Assembly (NCBI GenBank): GCA_963836755.1
Contig: CAWIKF010000001.1
Location: forward strand, 320,001-384,000
DNA: 64,000 bases
Source of the DNA: an uncultured Verrucomicrobiae bacterium
GTDB lineage: Bacteria > Verrucomicrobiota > Verrucomicrobiia > Chthoniobacterales > Chthoniobacteraceae
Direction: 5' to 3'
Part shown: piece by piece, positions 20,958-30,907 of the stretch
Numbering within the stretch: position 1 is the stretch's first letter
Layout of the letters: each line of letters starts with the position of its first letter
Position numbers and translations under genes: made by a program
The notes under the pieces: model-generated
Databases searched by the model: none
Told to the model about the DNA's origin: nothing
Seen by the model: the letters and a program-made list of their open reading frames with translations, nothing else

Positions 20958-22312
20958 GGCTTGCCGGGCGATACGCGGAATTTCGCCCGTGCGCCGAACA
21001 TTTTCGCGAAGAATGCGCGCCAGCGCCGCGAAAAGTTTCCGAGCTGGAATTGCAAGCGCGCTGGTTCGCCGGAGAATGGGGCACAAAGTTCAAGACGACC
21101 GAAAACGAAGAGGTGGAAATTTCGCAATTTGGCGTTTGGAATCGCGAGGCGGGTCCCGATTTTTGTGAAGCGGCCGTTTCATTCAATGGTGGCGCGGCTA
21201 TTCGCGGCTGCATTGAGCTCGACATCGATGCACGCGATTGGGAGCGACACGGGCACGCTACGAATCCGAATTACGAGCCGGTCGTGCTGCACCTTTTCAC
21301 CACGCGCGGACCGACGGATTTTTTCACGCGAACCGCGCGGCATCGTCGCGTGCCGCAGGTGCTGCTCGACTTGAGAATTCTGACGGAAGGGCCGCCGAAT
21401 CCCGTTCCGCTGGCAACGCTCGGCCGCTGCGCAGCGCCGCTGAAGGATTTTCAGCCGGAAAAAGTTTGCGATATTCTCGAGGCCGCCGCGCAATTTCGCC
21501 TGCAGAAAAAAGCTGCGCGGCTCGCACGAATGCGCGCGGTCCACGGCGACGAAGCTCTTTACCAATCGCTCGCGGAGGCCCTTGGTTACAAGGCGAACAA
21601 GCTTCCGTTCACGATCCTCGCGCAACGCCTGCCGTTGCGATCATTGCAAAAGAACCGATCGCAAATTGATGCTCTGCTTTTCGGAATGAGCGGCTTTTTG
21701 TCCGGCGCGGAGTTCAACCGCAGTGATGTGGCGACGCGCGCTTATTTGCGCGGGCTGTGGGAAACGTGGTGGAAGCTGCGTGGAGAAAACGAGCGGCTGG
21801 CGCTCGACCGCGCGGCGTGGATTTTGCACGGCGCGCGTCCCGCGAATCATCCGCAGCGCCGGATCGCCGCGCTGGCGCAGATCGTCAGGAACTGGAGAAA
21901 AGTTTTCGAGCTGGCGGAGCGATGCGACGCCGCGGCTGCCCGGAAATTTTTCGGCGAGCTGAGCGATCCGTATTGGGATTTTCACTACACGCTCCTCTCG
22001 GCGGAATCGCCGAAGCGCCTCGCGCTCGTCGGTTCTTCGCGCGTCGCTGACATCCTCGCGAATGTCTTTTTTCCGTGGAGCATTTCGCGCGACGCCGCGC
22101 TCTGGGAAAAGTATCGGGAGCTTCCGGCGGTGCTTTCCAACAAACGGGTCGAGATCGCGGCGATCCGCTTGTTTGCTGGGCTTCCGGGCGATTTCCTGAA
22201 AACGATCGCGCGCCAGCAGGGGCTGCTGCAAATCTATGAGGACTTCTGCATGCGCGACAACTCCGACTGCGAGCAATGCCTGTTTCCGCGGCAGCTCGCG
22301 CAGTGGAATTAG
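20954..22312 (+). CDS. DUF2851 family protein
   Basis: G.WN.EAGPDF, W..HGH..NPNY..VVLH, LGYK.NK, RPANHPQRR, QQGLLQ, C-terminal C..C. Confidence 0.85.
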   Translation: MRLAGRYAEFRPCAEHFREECAPAPRKVSELELQARWFAGEWGTKFKTTENEEVEISQFGVWNREAGPDFCEAAVSFNGGAAIRGCIELDIDARDWERHGHATNPNYEPVVLHLFTTRGPTDFFTRTARHRRVPQVLLDLRILTEGPPNPVPLATLGRCAAPLKDFQPEKVCDILEAAAQFRLQKKAARLARMRAVHGDEALYQSLAEALGYKANKLPFTILAQRLPLRSLQKNRSQIDALLFGMSGFLSGAEFNRSDVATRAYLRGLWETWWKLRGENERLALDRAAWILHGARPANHPQRRIAALAQIVRNWRKVFELAERCDAAAARKFFGELSDPYWDFHYTLLSAESPKRLALVGSSRVADILANVFFPWSISRDAALWEKYRELPAVLSNKRVEIAAIRLFAGLPGDFLKTIARQQGLLQIYEDFCMRDNSDCEQCLFPRQLAQWN

Positions 22313-22321
22313 TGCAAGGTT

Positions 22322-24124
22322 TTACAAGCGTGAAATGAGCAGCTCGCGCTGGAAAACGATTTCCTTCGGCAGCCGCTCGTAAAGTTTGAAGAACAATTCG
22401 TCCTGCAAAATCAGTTCGCGCATCCATTCGTTGCGGTCGATTTTTTGCAGCTCGTTGAACTTTTCCTCATCGAAATCGGCAAGACCTTGAGTGTCGAATT
22501 CCTCAAACTTTGGCGACCAGCCGACGGCGGTTTCGACTCCGCTCGCGCGGCCGCGGCAGCGATTAACGATCCATTTCAGCACGCGCATGTTATCGCCGAA
22601 GCCCGGCCAGAGAAATTCGCCGTCCGCGTCTTTGCGGAACCAATTCACGTTAAAAATGAGCGGCGGATATTTCATCGTTTTGCGGATGGAGAGCCAGTGG
22701 CGGAAATAAAGGCTCATGTTGTAGCCGCAAAATGGGAGCATCGCCATCGGGTCGCGACGCACATTGCCGGTGCTGCCGACGGCCGCAGCAGTGGTCTCCG
22801 AGCCCATCGTCGCGCCGAGAAAAACGCCGTGGCTCCAGTTAAACGCCTGTATCACAAGCGGCGATGTGTTGGCGCGACGTCCGCCGAAAATAATCGCGCT
22901 GATGGGCACGCCGCGCGGATCGTCGGCCTCGGCCGCGAGGGCGGGATTGTTCCGCATTGGCGCGGTGAAGCGGCTGTTCGGGTGCGCGGCGTCGCGGCCG
23001 CAATCGGGCGTCCATTTGTTCCCGCGCCAGTCGAGGCACTCGGCGGGCGGCGGATCGTCGTGACCTTCCCACCACACGGTGCCATCGGGTTTCAACGCCA
23101 CGTTTGTATAGATGGTGTCGCGCGCCATTGATTTCATCGCATTGGCGTTCGACTTCGAGTTGGTGCCGGGGACGACGCCGAAGTAGCCGCTCTCGGGATT
23201 GATCGCGTAGAGTCGGCCATCAGCGCCCGGTTTCATCCATGCGATGTCGTCGCCGATGGTGGTGACTTTCCAGCCCTCGAAATGCGGCGGCGGGATGAGC
23301 ATCGCGAAATTCGTCTTGCCGCACGCGCTCGGGAACGCCGCGGCGACGTAGGTCTTTTCGCCTTCCGGCGATTCGACGCAAAGGAGAAGCATGTGCTCCG
23401 CGAGCCAGCCTTGCGCGCGGCCGAGATAGGAGCCGATGCGCAGCGCGAAACATTTTTTGCCGAGCAAAACATTGCCGCCATAACCGGAGCCGACGGAGAT
23501 GATCGCATTGTCCTGCGGGAAATGGCAGATGAAGCGGCGCTCGGGATCGAGGTCGAGCATCGAATGGATGCCGCGGTTGAAATCGCCGCTCGCGTCGAGC
23601 TGCGTGTAGGCGCGCAGGCCCATGCGCGTCATGATTCGCATGTTTAACACGACGTAAATCGAGTCGGTCAGCTCGATGCCGACTTTTGTCAAAGGCGAGC
23701 CGACCGTGCCCATCAAATACGGCACCGCAAACATCGTCCGACCGCGCATCGAGCCGGCGAGGAGAGCTCGCAACTTTTCCTGCATTTCCGCGGGGTCGGC
23801 CCAATTGTTTGTCGGGCCGGCTTCCTCCTGCGTCGGCGTGCAGATGAAAGTGCATTGCTCGACGCGTGCGACATCGTTCGGATTCGAGCGGTGATAGTAA
23901 CAGCCTGGAAGTTTTTCCTGGTTGAGCTTCTGCAGCACGCCTTGCGCCTCGGCTTCCTTTAAAAGAAATGCGTTTTCCTGATCCGAGCCGTCGCACCAGA
24001 AAATCCGATCCGGCTCGCACAGCTTCGCCGTTTCCTCGACCCACGCGACGACCTCCGCGTTCGCTGGGCGCGCAGTTCCGAGATTTTCGGGAGGATTTCC
24101 CAGTCGCGAAGGCTCGGGTTGCAT
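22322..24124 (-). CDS. pckG: Phosphoenolpyruvate carboxykinase (GTP)
   Basis: [49 protein letters not shown]; probable ATG at 24124. Confidence 0.96.
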   Translation of the reverse strand: MQPEPSRLGNPPENLGTARPANAEVVAWVEETAKLCEPDRIFWCDGSDQENAFLLKEAEAQGVLQKLNQEKLPGCYYHRSNPNDVARVEQCTFICTPTQEEAGPTNNWADPAEMQEKLRALLAGSMRGRTMFAVPYLMGTVGSPLTKVGIELTDSIYVVLNMRIMTRMGLRAYTQLDASGDFNRGIHSMLDLDPERRFICHFPQDNAIISVGSGYGGNVLLGKKCFALRIGSYLGRAQGWLAEHMLLLCVESPEGEKTYVAAAFPSACGKTNFAMLIPPPHFEGWKVTTIGDDIAWMKPGADGRLYAINPESGYFGVVPGTNSKSNANAMKSMARDTIYTNVALKPDGTVWWEGHDDPPPAECLDWRGNKWTPDCGRDAAHPNSRFTAPMRNNPALAAEADDPRGVPISAIIFGGRRANTSPLVIQAFNWSHGVFLGATMGSETTAAAVGSTGNVRRDPMAMLPFCGYNMSLYFRHWLSIRKTMKYPPLIFNVNWFRKDADGEFLWPGFGDNMRVLKWIVNRCRGRASGVETAVGWSPKFEEFDTQGLADFDEEKFNELQKIDRNEWMRELILQDELFFKLYERLPKEIVFQRELLISRL

Positions 24125-24190
24125 GAAAATCGATTTTGCATTTGCGCACGTTTGAAGACAAGTGGCATGTTGACGCCAGCACTGACTTCC

Positions 24191-25036
24191 ATGCTCGGTC
24201 TCGCAAAATCGGACGACTACCAACCCATCGGCTGGATGGGCCGCTATCCGATTCACGTCGCCACTCTCCTCGTCCTTCTGCACGTGGTCACGATGATCGG
24301 CACGGCTTTCGCGATCTCGCTCGGGCGCCTCGACATTCTCGGCCATCTCATTTTTGCCAGCAACGCCGTGCTCGGCCACCTCGCGCTCTGGCAATTTTTC
24401 ACCTACGCCTTCGTCAACCGCCCCAGCGTCTGGTTTGCGGTGGAAATGTTCCTGCTCTATTCGTTCGGCCGCGAGGTGGAGCGGTTCATCGGCCGGCGCT
24501 CGTTTGGCGCGCTATATATGATGCTGCTTTTGCTGCCGCCATGTCTCGCGACTGCGGCCGGCACGTTTATGCCGACGAGCTTTGCGGGATCGAGCGCGCT
24601 GCACTTCGCAGTCTTCGTCGCGTTCACTGCGATTTATCCAAACATCGAGCTTCTCTTTACCATCAAAGCGAAATGGATCGCCGGCGCACTTTTTTCCGTC
24701 TTCTCACTCCAGCAGCTCGCGGCGAATGACTGGACTTCGCTCGCCGTCCTTTGGATCAGCACCGGCGCGGCATTCGCCTTCATCGCGCGGCTGCGTTATG
24801 GCGTCAATTTTTCGCCGTTCGCACTGCTGCGGCGTTTGCGTTTCACGCGAAAATTAAAGCCGCTCGCGCAGCCACGCCGGATCGTCCCGCGGAAAATCAC
24901 CGACGAGGATACCGTCAGTTCCATCGATCCGATTCTCGACAAAATTTCGCAGCACGGCATCGCCAGTCTGACGCTACGCGAGCGCGAGAAACTCGAGCGC
25001 GCCCGCTCGGCGCTGATGAAAAAAACCTCAACTTGA
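24191..25036 (+). CDS. Rhomboid-family membrane protein with C-terminal helical tail
   Basis: [20 protein letters not shown], multiple TM segments; C-terminal [16 protein letters not shown]; start 24167 or 24191. Confidence 0.78.
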   Translation: MLGLAKSDDYQPIGWMGRYPIHVATLLVLLHVVTMIGTAFAISLGRLDILGHLIFASNAVLGHLALWQFFTYAFVNRPSVWFAVEMFLLYSFGREVERFIGRRSFGALYMMLLLLPPCLATAAGTFMPTSFAGSSALHFAVFVAFTAIYPNIELLFTIKAKWIAGALFSVFSLQQLAANDWTSLAVLWISTGAAFAFIARLRYGVNFSPFALLRRLRFTRKLKPLAQPRRIVPRKITDEDTVSSIDPILDKISQHGIASLTLREREKLERARSALMKKTST

Positions 25037-25082
25037 TCGCGGCGCCATTCTCCACGTCGCCGCGTCGCACACACCGTTTCCC

Positions 25083-25889
25083 GTGGCGGAGTTGAGCGAA
25101 ATCGAGCGCCTGCGCGAAATCGTCGCGCGTCTCCGCGCGCCCGACGGCTGCCCGTGGGATCGCGAGCAGACTCACGCGAGTCTCCGCACGTGTCTCGTCG
25201 AAGAAGCCTACGAAGTTGCCGAGGCGATCGACAAAAACGATGACGCACACCTTTGCGAGGAACTCGGCGACCTTCTTCTGCAAGTCGTCATGCACAGCCA
25301 TCTCGCCAGCGAGCAACGCCGCTTCGATCTCGACAAAGTTGCCCGCGGCATCGCCGACAAACTTGTCCGCCGCCATCCCCACGTTTTTGGCGACGTCACG
25401 CTCGACGGCACCGACGCCGTGCTCCAGCAATGGGATGAAATCAAACGCGCCGAAAAAGGGACAGCGAACGGCAGCGGTGGCTCCGTCCTCGACGGCATCT
25501 CCCTCGCGCTCCCCGCGCTCATGCGCGCCGAAAAAGTCCAGAAACGCGCGGCGCGCGTCGGATTTGATTGGCCGGAAGCGCGCGACGTTCTCGAAAAGAT
25601 TCGGGAGGAAACCGCGGAGGTCGCCGCCGCGATCGAGAGCCGCGACCCCGCGCAGATCGAGGAGGAAATCGGCGACCTCCTTTTCGCCTTGGTCAACCTC
25701 GCCCGCAAAGCCGCGCTCGATGCCGAGCTGACGCTGCAAAGTGCCACCGGCAAATTCATCACGCGCTTTCAGCAGCTTGAAAAAATCCTCCGCGAGCGCG
25801 GCCAGGAACCTTCCGGTCTCACTTTGGCGCAACTCGACGGCGTTTGGGATGAAATCAAAGCCGCTCGGCCGCCTGCCACGGCGGTTTAG
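25083..25889 (+). CDS. mazG: Nucleoside triphosphate pyrophosphohydrolase MazG
   Basis: GCPWDREQT, EEAYEV, EELGDLL, RRHPHVF, VGFDW, EEIGDLLF. Confidence 0.95.
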   Translation: MAELSEIERLREIVARLRAPDGCPWDREQTHASLRTCLVEEAYEVAEAIDKNDDAHLCEELGDLLLQVVMHSHLASEQRRFDLDKVARGIADKLVRRHPHVFGDVTLDGTDAVLQQWDEIKRAEKGTANGSGGSVLDGISLALPALMRAEKVQKRAARVGFDWPEARDVLEKIREETAEVAAAIESRDPAQIEEEIGDLLFALVNLARKAALDAELTLQSATGKFITRFQQLEKILRERGQEPSGLTLAQLDGVWDEIKAARPPATAV

Positions 25890-25899
25890 CCGCGACGCC

Positions 25900-26149
25900 G
25901 AACCGCGAAGGAACGTTCCGGAACCGTTCTGCATGCGTGCGGAACCATTTTGCATGGACGCAGAATCGCTCTGGAAGCACGCAGAGTCATTCTGCATCCA
26001 TGCAGAACCATTCTGCACGCGTGCGGAGCCCTCCGCTGCCGCGCAGAATCATTCTGCGAGGCCGCAGATCCATTCTGCACCCCTGCGGAGCCCTCTGCGT
26101 GCACGCAGAATCGTTTTGCACAGACGCAGAATGGCTTGGAAGCGGGCAA
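25900..26149. repeat. Degenerate tandem array of about 12 units of 20-21 bp, consensus GAAYCATTCTGCnnnnnnGCR
   Basis: Units start at 25900, 25921, 25942, 25963, 25984, 26005, 26026 (20 bp), 26046, 26067, 26088 (20 bp), 26108, 26129. Confidence 0.88.
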
Positions 26150-26329
26150 ACTTACTCTGGAGCTACTCTGTTGGCGCCTCTCCGCCGGGCGGAATCGCGC
26201 GGTGGCTGCAAATGCGGCTTCCGAATGGATGGCGTGAAAGTCGGTGAGCCTCGAGGAGAGTCGGAGCTTGCGGCGGAAGCAGGCGGCGTGAAAAGGTTTG
26301 CGCGCGCGACGGCGCGAGATTTTTGATCG

Positions 26330-27076
26330 ATGGCTTTTTGTGAACTCCATTACTTCAGCGCAGCGCTCCAAAAACAAACTGCGGCGAATGTTTTACTTCC
26401 GCAAAACTGCGGCGCCGGGCCGTTCCCGGTTTACTATTTGCTCCACGGCCTCGGCGACGACCATGCCGCGTGGATGCGGCGGACGAGCATCGAGCGTTAC
26501 GCGGACGGGCTGTCGCTCATCGTGGTGATGCCGGATGGCGGCCGCGGATTTTACACGGACGCGGCGGAGGGTTTCGCGCACGAGAGCGCGATCATGTGCG
26601 ACCTGGTGCCGTTCATCGACGCGGCTTTTCCGACGCGGGCGACGCGCGAGGGGCGATGCATCGGCGGCTTGTCGATGGGCGGCTACGGCGCGATCAAGCT
26701 GGCGCTGAAATATCCGCGGCACTTTTGCTCGGCGACCAGCCATTCGGGCGCATTGACGAAAGCGCATATTTTTCGCTCGGGAGAAACGGAGGAGCTGCGC
26801 CGCATCTTCGGCACGGAGCAGAGCGGGGGAGCGAACGATCTGTTCGCGCTCGCGGAAAAAATCGACCGGAAACTTTTGCCGGCGATGCGCATCGACTGCG
26901 GAACGGCGGACTATCTGCTGGATAGGAGTCGCGACTTTCACGCGCATCTCGAGCAGCTCGGCATCGCGCACGAATATGAGGAATTTCCCGGCGCGCACGA
27001 CTGGGCGTATTGGGACGCGCGGGCGCCGGAGGCGATTGCATTTCATTGCCGCGCGCTCGGCATCGCGCGGAGTTGA
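26330..27076 (+). CDS. Alpha/beta hydrolase, putative esterase (S-formylglutathione hydrolase/tributyrin esterase-like)
   Basis: YLLHGL, VVMPDG.RGFY, GLSMGG nucleophile elbow, CGT.D, GAHDW.YW. Confidence 0.9.
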   Translation: MAFCELHYFSAALQKQTAANVLLPQNCGAGPFPVYYLLHGLGDDHAAWMRRTSIERYADGLSLIVVMPDGGRGFYTDAAEGFAHESAIMCDLVPFIDAAFPTRATREGRCIGGLSMGGYGAIKLALKYPRHFCSATSHSGALTKAHIFRSGETEELRRIFGTEQSGGANDLFALAEKIDRKLLPAMRIDCGTADYLLDRSRDFHAHLEQLGIAHEYEEFPGAHDWAYWDARAPEAIAFHCRALGIARS

Positions 27077-27117
27077 GGCCGGCGCGCGGGCCGCGGAAAA
27101 AAGGGCCAGAAAAACTT

Positions 27118-27145
27118 TTGACACGCTGGGGGCTTTTGTTACTTT
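27118..27145 (+). promoter_or_regulatory. Sigma70-type promoter for the tRNA-Thr/tuf operon
   Basis: TTGACA (27118-27123), 16-nt spacer, extended TGn-TACTTT (27137-27145), A-tracts upstream. Confidence 0.6.
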
Positions 27146-27260
27146 GCCAGCTCGCTTCGACGGGAATTGCGATCAAGCCCTGATCCGTTCGGATTGGAAA
27201 ATCCGAATCGGTGTCGGAGTTTTTCGCTCTTTTGCAGTCGTGGCGGCGGTGAAAGAGCCG

Positions 27261-27292
27261 CGTGCTTTTGCGCAAGCGAGAGCGCGTTTTTT
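27261..27292 (+). terminator. Terminator-like hairpin immediately 5' of tRNA-Thr
   Basis: CGTGCTTTTGC-GCAA-GCGAGAGCGCG (11 bp, 3 G-U pairs) followed by T6. Confidence 0.5.
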
Positions 27293-27298
27293 AACAAG

Positions 27299-27374
27299 GC
27301 CCATGTAGCTCAGTTGGTAGAGCACATCCTTGGTAAGGATGAGGTCACCGGTTCAATCCCGGTCATGGGCTCCA
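27299..27374 (+). tRNA. tRNA-Thr (GGT)
   Basis: Acceptor GCCCATG/CATGGGC, anticodon arm CATCC-TTGGTAA-GGATG, GGTTCAA T-loop, encoded CCA. Confidence 0.97.
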
Positions 27375-27431
27375 TGAACGGGCTGGGCAACAACTTTTAA
27401 ACTTAGATAAACAACAACAAAACAAACCACC

Positions 27432-28616
27432 ATGGCTAAAGAAGCATTCAAACGCGATAAACCCCACGTCAACGTCGGCACGATCGGCCACGTCGATCAC
27501 GGCAAGACCACTCTCACTGCGGCGATCACAACCATCCTTGCGAAAAAAGGTTTCGCGACGGCGAAAAAGTATGACGAGATCGACGCGGCTCCGGAGGAAA
27601 AAGAGCGCGGCATCACGATCAACACGGCCCACGTCGAATATCAGAGCGACAAGCGCCATTACGCGCATGTCGATTGTCCCGGTCACGCCGATTATGTGAA
27701 AAACATGATCACCGGCGCGGCGCAGATGGACGGCGCGATCCTCGTGGTCAGCGCGGCGGACGGCCCAATGCCGCAGACCCGTGAGCATATTTTGTTGGCT
27801 CGCCAGGTCGGCGTGCCGTCGATCGTCGTCTTCATGAATAAAGTCGACATGGTGGATGATCCGGAATTGCTCGATCTCGTGGAGATGGAAGTGCGCGATC
27901 TTTTGACGCAATACGAATTTCCCGGCGACAAAATCCCGATCGTCAAAGGCAGCGCGCTCAAGGCGCTCGAAGGCGACGCGGAACAGGAGAAGAACATTCT
28001 CGCGCTGGTCGAGGCAATCGACGAATACATCCCGGTGCCGGAGCGCCCGGTCGACATGCCATTCCTGCTGCCGGTCGAGGACGTGTTCAACATTGAAGGC
28101 CGCGGCACCGTCGCGACTGGTCGCGTCGAGCGCGGCATCCTTAAGAAAATGGAGGAAGTCGAATTGGTCGGAATCAAAAACACCGTCAAGACGACTTGCA
28201 CCGACATTGAGATGTTCCGCAAACTTCTTGACGAAGCGCGCGCTGGCGACAACGTCGGCCTGCTGCTCCGCGGCACAAAAAAAGAAGACGTCGAGCGCGG
28301 CATGGTCATCGCCAAGCCCGGCTCCATCAAGCCGCACAAAAAGTTCAAGGCTGAGGTTTACGTTTTGAGCAAGGAGGAAGGCGGCCGACACACGCCGTTT
28401 TTCTCAAACTATCGCCCGCAATTTTATTTCCGCACGACGGACGTCACCGGCTCGGTCAAGCTGCCCGATGGCGTGGAAATGGTGATGCCCGGCGACAACG
28501 TCGCGATTGAAGTGGAGTTGCACACCGCCGTCGCGATGGAAAAAACGATCCGCTTCGCGATTCGCGAAGGCGGCCGCACCGTTGGCGCGGGACGCGTCTC
28601 CGAGATCCTCGATTAA
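27432..28616 (+). CDS. tuf: Elongation factor Tu
   Basis: [28 protein letters not shown]. Confidence 0.99.
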   Translation: MAKEAFKRDKPHVNVGTIGHVDHGKTTLTAAITTILAKKGFATAKKYDEIDAAPEEKERGITINTAHVEYQSDKRHYAHVDCPGHADYVKNMITGAAQMDGAILVVSAADGPMPQTREHILLARQVGVPSIVVFMNKVDMVDDPELLDLVEMEVRDLLTQYEFPGDKIPIVKGSALKALEGDAEQEKNILALVEAIDEYIPVPERPVDMPFLLPVEDVFNIEGRGTVATGRVERGILKKMEEVELVGIKNTVKTTCTDIEMFRKLLDEARAGDNVGLLLRGTKKEDVERGMVIAKPGSIKPHKKFKAEVYVLSKEEGGRHTPFFSNYRPQFYFRTTDVTGSVKLPDGVEMVMPGDNVAIEVELHTAVAMEKTIRFAIREGGRTVGAGRVSEILD

Positions 28617-28630
28617 GCAAACTTAGCGAA

Positions 28631-28703
28631 ACGCCAGTAACTCAATTGGTAGAGTAGCGGTCTCCAAAACCGCCTGTTGGGGGTTCGAGTCCCTCCTGGC
28701 GTG
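28631..28703 (+). tRNA. tRNA-Trp (CCA)
   Basis: Acceptor ACGCCAG/CTGGCGT, anticodon arm GCGGT-CTCCAAA-ACCGC, GGTTCGA T-loop; 3' CCA not encoded. Confidence 0.95.
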
Positions 28704-28714
28704 TTTCTCCCGAA

Positions 28715-29014
28715 ATGTTTGAACTGTATTTAAAAGCGAACTGGGTGGGCATCTTGTTGGTGCTCGCCGCGATCGTCATCGTTGGACTTGTCATCAAGTT
28801 CTACGGCGCGATCATGCGTGGATTCGCTGGCGAAGTCCGCGTCGAGCTCGTCAAGGCCAGTTGGCCTTGGGAGCCGAAAGAGCGCGGCTTTAAAAAATAC
28901 AAGGAGCTGACGGACTCGACGCTGATTGTGGTCATCGCGATGCTGTTGCTCGCGGGCTACATTTCGTTTTGGGATTTCATCCTCGTCAACGTCGTCGGCG
29001 CACTCACCCGCTGA
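28715..29014 (+). CDS. secE: Preprotein translocase subunit SecE
   Basis: EV..EL.K.SWP...EL.DST..V followed by a TM segment; lies between tRNA-Trp and nusG. Confidence 0.88.
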   Translation: MFELYLKANWVGILLVLAAIVIVGLVIKFYGAIMRGFAGEVRVELVKASWPWEPKERGFKKYKELTDSTLIVVIAMLLLAGYISFWDFILVNVVGALTR

Positions 29015-29037
29015 TTTTTTTCTTGAACTAAAAAACA

Positions 29038-29604
29038 ATGCCGATCCCTGCGGGCAAAGATCAATGGTATGCGGTGCACGTGCTTTCCGGTCAGGAAAAC
29101 AAAGTCGCCGAAAACCTCAACAAGCGCATCAAGACCGAGGAGATGAGCGACCTTGTTTACGAGGTCCTCGTCCCGACCGAGCGCGTCTCCGAAATCAAGC
29201 GCGGGAAAAAAAGCGAGACCACGCGCAAGCTCATGCCGGGCTATGTGATCGTGAACATGAACCTGCTCGACGAGAACAATCAACTCGTCGCGCGCACTTG
29301 GTATTTTGTTCGCGAAACCAACGGCGTCATCGGCATCGCCGGCGGCAAGGACAAGCCCGCGCCGATGCGCGAGAGCGACATCCAGGCCATTCTTTCGCAA
29401 GTCCGCGCGCCCGACGAAAAAATTAAGCCGAAGGTCACTTTTGAGATTGGCGAAACGGTCAAAGTAGCCGATGGTCCTTTCCAGAACCAAAGCGGCGTCG
29501 TCGAAGAAATCGATCCCGAGCGCGGCAAGCTCCGCGTCTCCGTCAGCATTTTCGGCCGATCAACTCCGGTGGAACTCGAATACTGGCAGGTCGAACGCAG
29601 CTAG
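29038..29604 (+). CDS. nusG: Transcription termination/antitermination factor NusG
   Basis: WYAVH..SG.E.KV, PGY, KOW motif DGPF, IFGR.TPVEL. Confidence 0.97.
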   Translation: MPIPAGKDQWYAVHVLSGQENKVAENLNKRIKTEEMSDLVYEVLVPTERVSEIKRGKKSETTRKLMPGYVIVNMNLLDENNQLVARTWYFVRETNGVIGIAGGKDKPAPMRESDIQAILSQVRAPDEKIKPKVTFEIGETVKVADGPFQNQSGVVEEIDPERGKLRVSVSIFGRSTPVELEYWQVERS

Positions 29605-29630
29605 AATTTCAACTCAACTTATTTTTCAAA

Positions 29631-30056
29631 ATGGCCAAGGAAGTCGTCGGACAAATTAAACTCCAAATCCCCGCGGGCGCCGCAAATCCCGCGCCGCCAG
29701 TCGGACCCGCGCTCGGTCAGCAAGGAGTGAACATCATGGCGTTCTGCAAGGAGTTTAACGCCGCGACGCAGAAGCAGGCAGGCGACATCCTGCCGGTCGT
29801 CATCACGGTTTACAAAGACAAGAGTTTTACTTTCATCACGAAGTCGCCGCCAGCCTCGATCCTCTTGAAGAAGGCGGCGAATATCGCCAGCGGAAGCAAG
29901 GAGCCGAACAAGCAAAAGGTCGGCAAACTTTCGAAAAAACAAGTGATGGACATCGTTAAAGTGAAGATGAAAGATTTGAACGCGCGCTCGGAGGAAGCGG
30001 CATTCAAGATCATCGCCGGAACCGCGCGCCAGATGGGCATCGAGATCGAAGCGTAA
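29631..30056 (+). CDS. rplK: 50S ribosomal protein L11
   Basis: [32 protein letters not shown]. Confidence 0.98.
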   Translation: MAKEVVGQIKLQIPAGAANPAPPVGPALGQQGVNIMAFCKEFNAATQKQAGDILPVVITVYKDKSFTFITKSPPASILLKKAANIASGSKEPNKQKVGKLSKKQVMDIVKVKMKDLNARSEEAAFKIIAGTARQMGIEIEA

Positions 30057-30077
30057 ATTTCCCACCAGTCCCCCGCG

Positions 30078-30110
30078 AAAAAGCCGGCAGTCCCCACCGC
30101 CGGCTTTTTT
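30078..30110 (+). terminator. Rho-independent terminator after rplK
   Basis: AAAAAGCCGGC-loop-GCCGGCTTTTTT. Confidence 0.8.
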
Positions 30111-30216
30111 GTGCCCGCATCGGTTGCGCTTCGGCTTTATGATAGCGATGACGGCTTTCTCGAATCACGCTGCTGCTGCAGACGAAGGTAAAACGACAAC
30201 AAATCGATTTAGACAA

Positions 30217-30888
30217 ATGAACAACGAACTTTGGAGGCAGGTTGATGCCTACATCGCGCAAACTTTTCACAAACCCGATCCGGCCCTGGATGCCGCGCTG
30301 AAATCGAGCGCCGATGCGGACCTGCCGGCAATCAGCGTTTCGCCAAATCAAGGAAAGCTGCTCGCGCTGCTCGCGCAGATCCACGGCGCGCGTCGGATTT
30401 TGGAAATCGGCACGCTCGGCGGCTACAGCACGATCTGGCTCGCACGCACGCTGCCTAAAACCGGTTGTTTAACGACCCTCGAATTCGAGCCGAAGAACGC
30501 CGAAATCGCGCGCGAAAATGTTTCGCGTGCCGGACTGGCCGACGTGGTGGAATTCCGGATCGGGAAGGCGCTGGAAACTTTGCCGCAACTTTTTGCCGAA
30601 AAACGCGAGCCGTTCGATTTCATTTTCATCGATGCCGACAAGGAAAATTATGCCGGCTATTTTGAATGGGCGCTCAAGCTTTCGCGGCCCGGCACAGTGA
30701 TCATCGCGGACAACGTCGTGCGCAACGGCGCGGTGATTGATCCGGGCAGCGACGACCCGCGCGTGCAGGGCGTGCGGCGTTTCAACGAGCTCGTTGCCGC
30801 TGAACCGCGCGTCGATGCGACAGCGATCCAGACTGTCGGCAGCAAAGGCTATGACGGCTTCGTGATTGCGGTCGTGACCGGGGATTAA
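30217..30888 (+). CDS. Cation-dependent O-methyltransferase (CCoAOMT/COMT-like)
   Basis: ATG at 30217; LEIGTLGGYST.W, FIDADK, ADNVV, VGSKGYDG. Confidence 0.92.
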   Translation: MNNELWRQVDAYIAQTFHKPDPALDAALKSSADADLPAISVSPNQGKLLALLAQIHGARRILEIGTLGGYSTIWLARTLPKTGCLTTLEFEPKNAEIARENVSRAGLADVVEFRIGKALETLPQLFAEKREPFDFIFIDADKENYAGYFEWALKLSRPGTVIIADNVVRNGAVIDPGSDDPRVQGVRRFNELVAAEPRVDATAIQTVGSKGYDGFVIAVVTGD

Positions 30889-30907
30889 TTTTTACCGAAA
30901 AAACTTC

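Noticed and set aside
24125..24394. N-terminal extension of pckG given by the ORF track
   Set aside because: Antisense to the rhomboid-like gene; PEPCK similarity begins after 24124
25900..26149. Repeat array as a CRISPR array
   Set aside because: Period is 20-21 bp with 5-6 nt variable parts, repeats are degenerate, and no cas genes are present
24915..26377. ORFs crossing the repeat array that give heptad peptides (MQNGSAW..., EPFCMRA...)
   Set aside because: Frame shifts at the two 20-bp units, and the longest ORF is antisense to mazG; probably by-products of the DNA repeat
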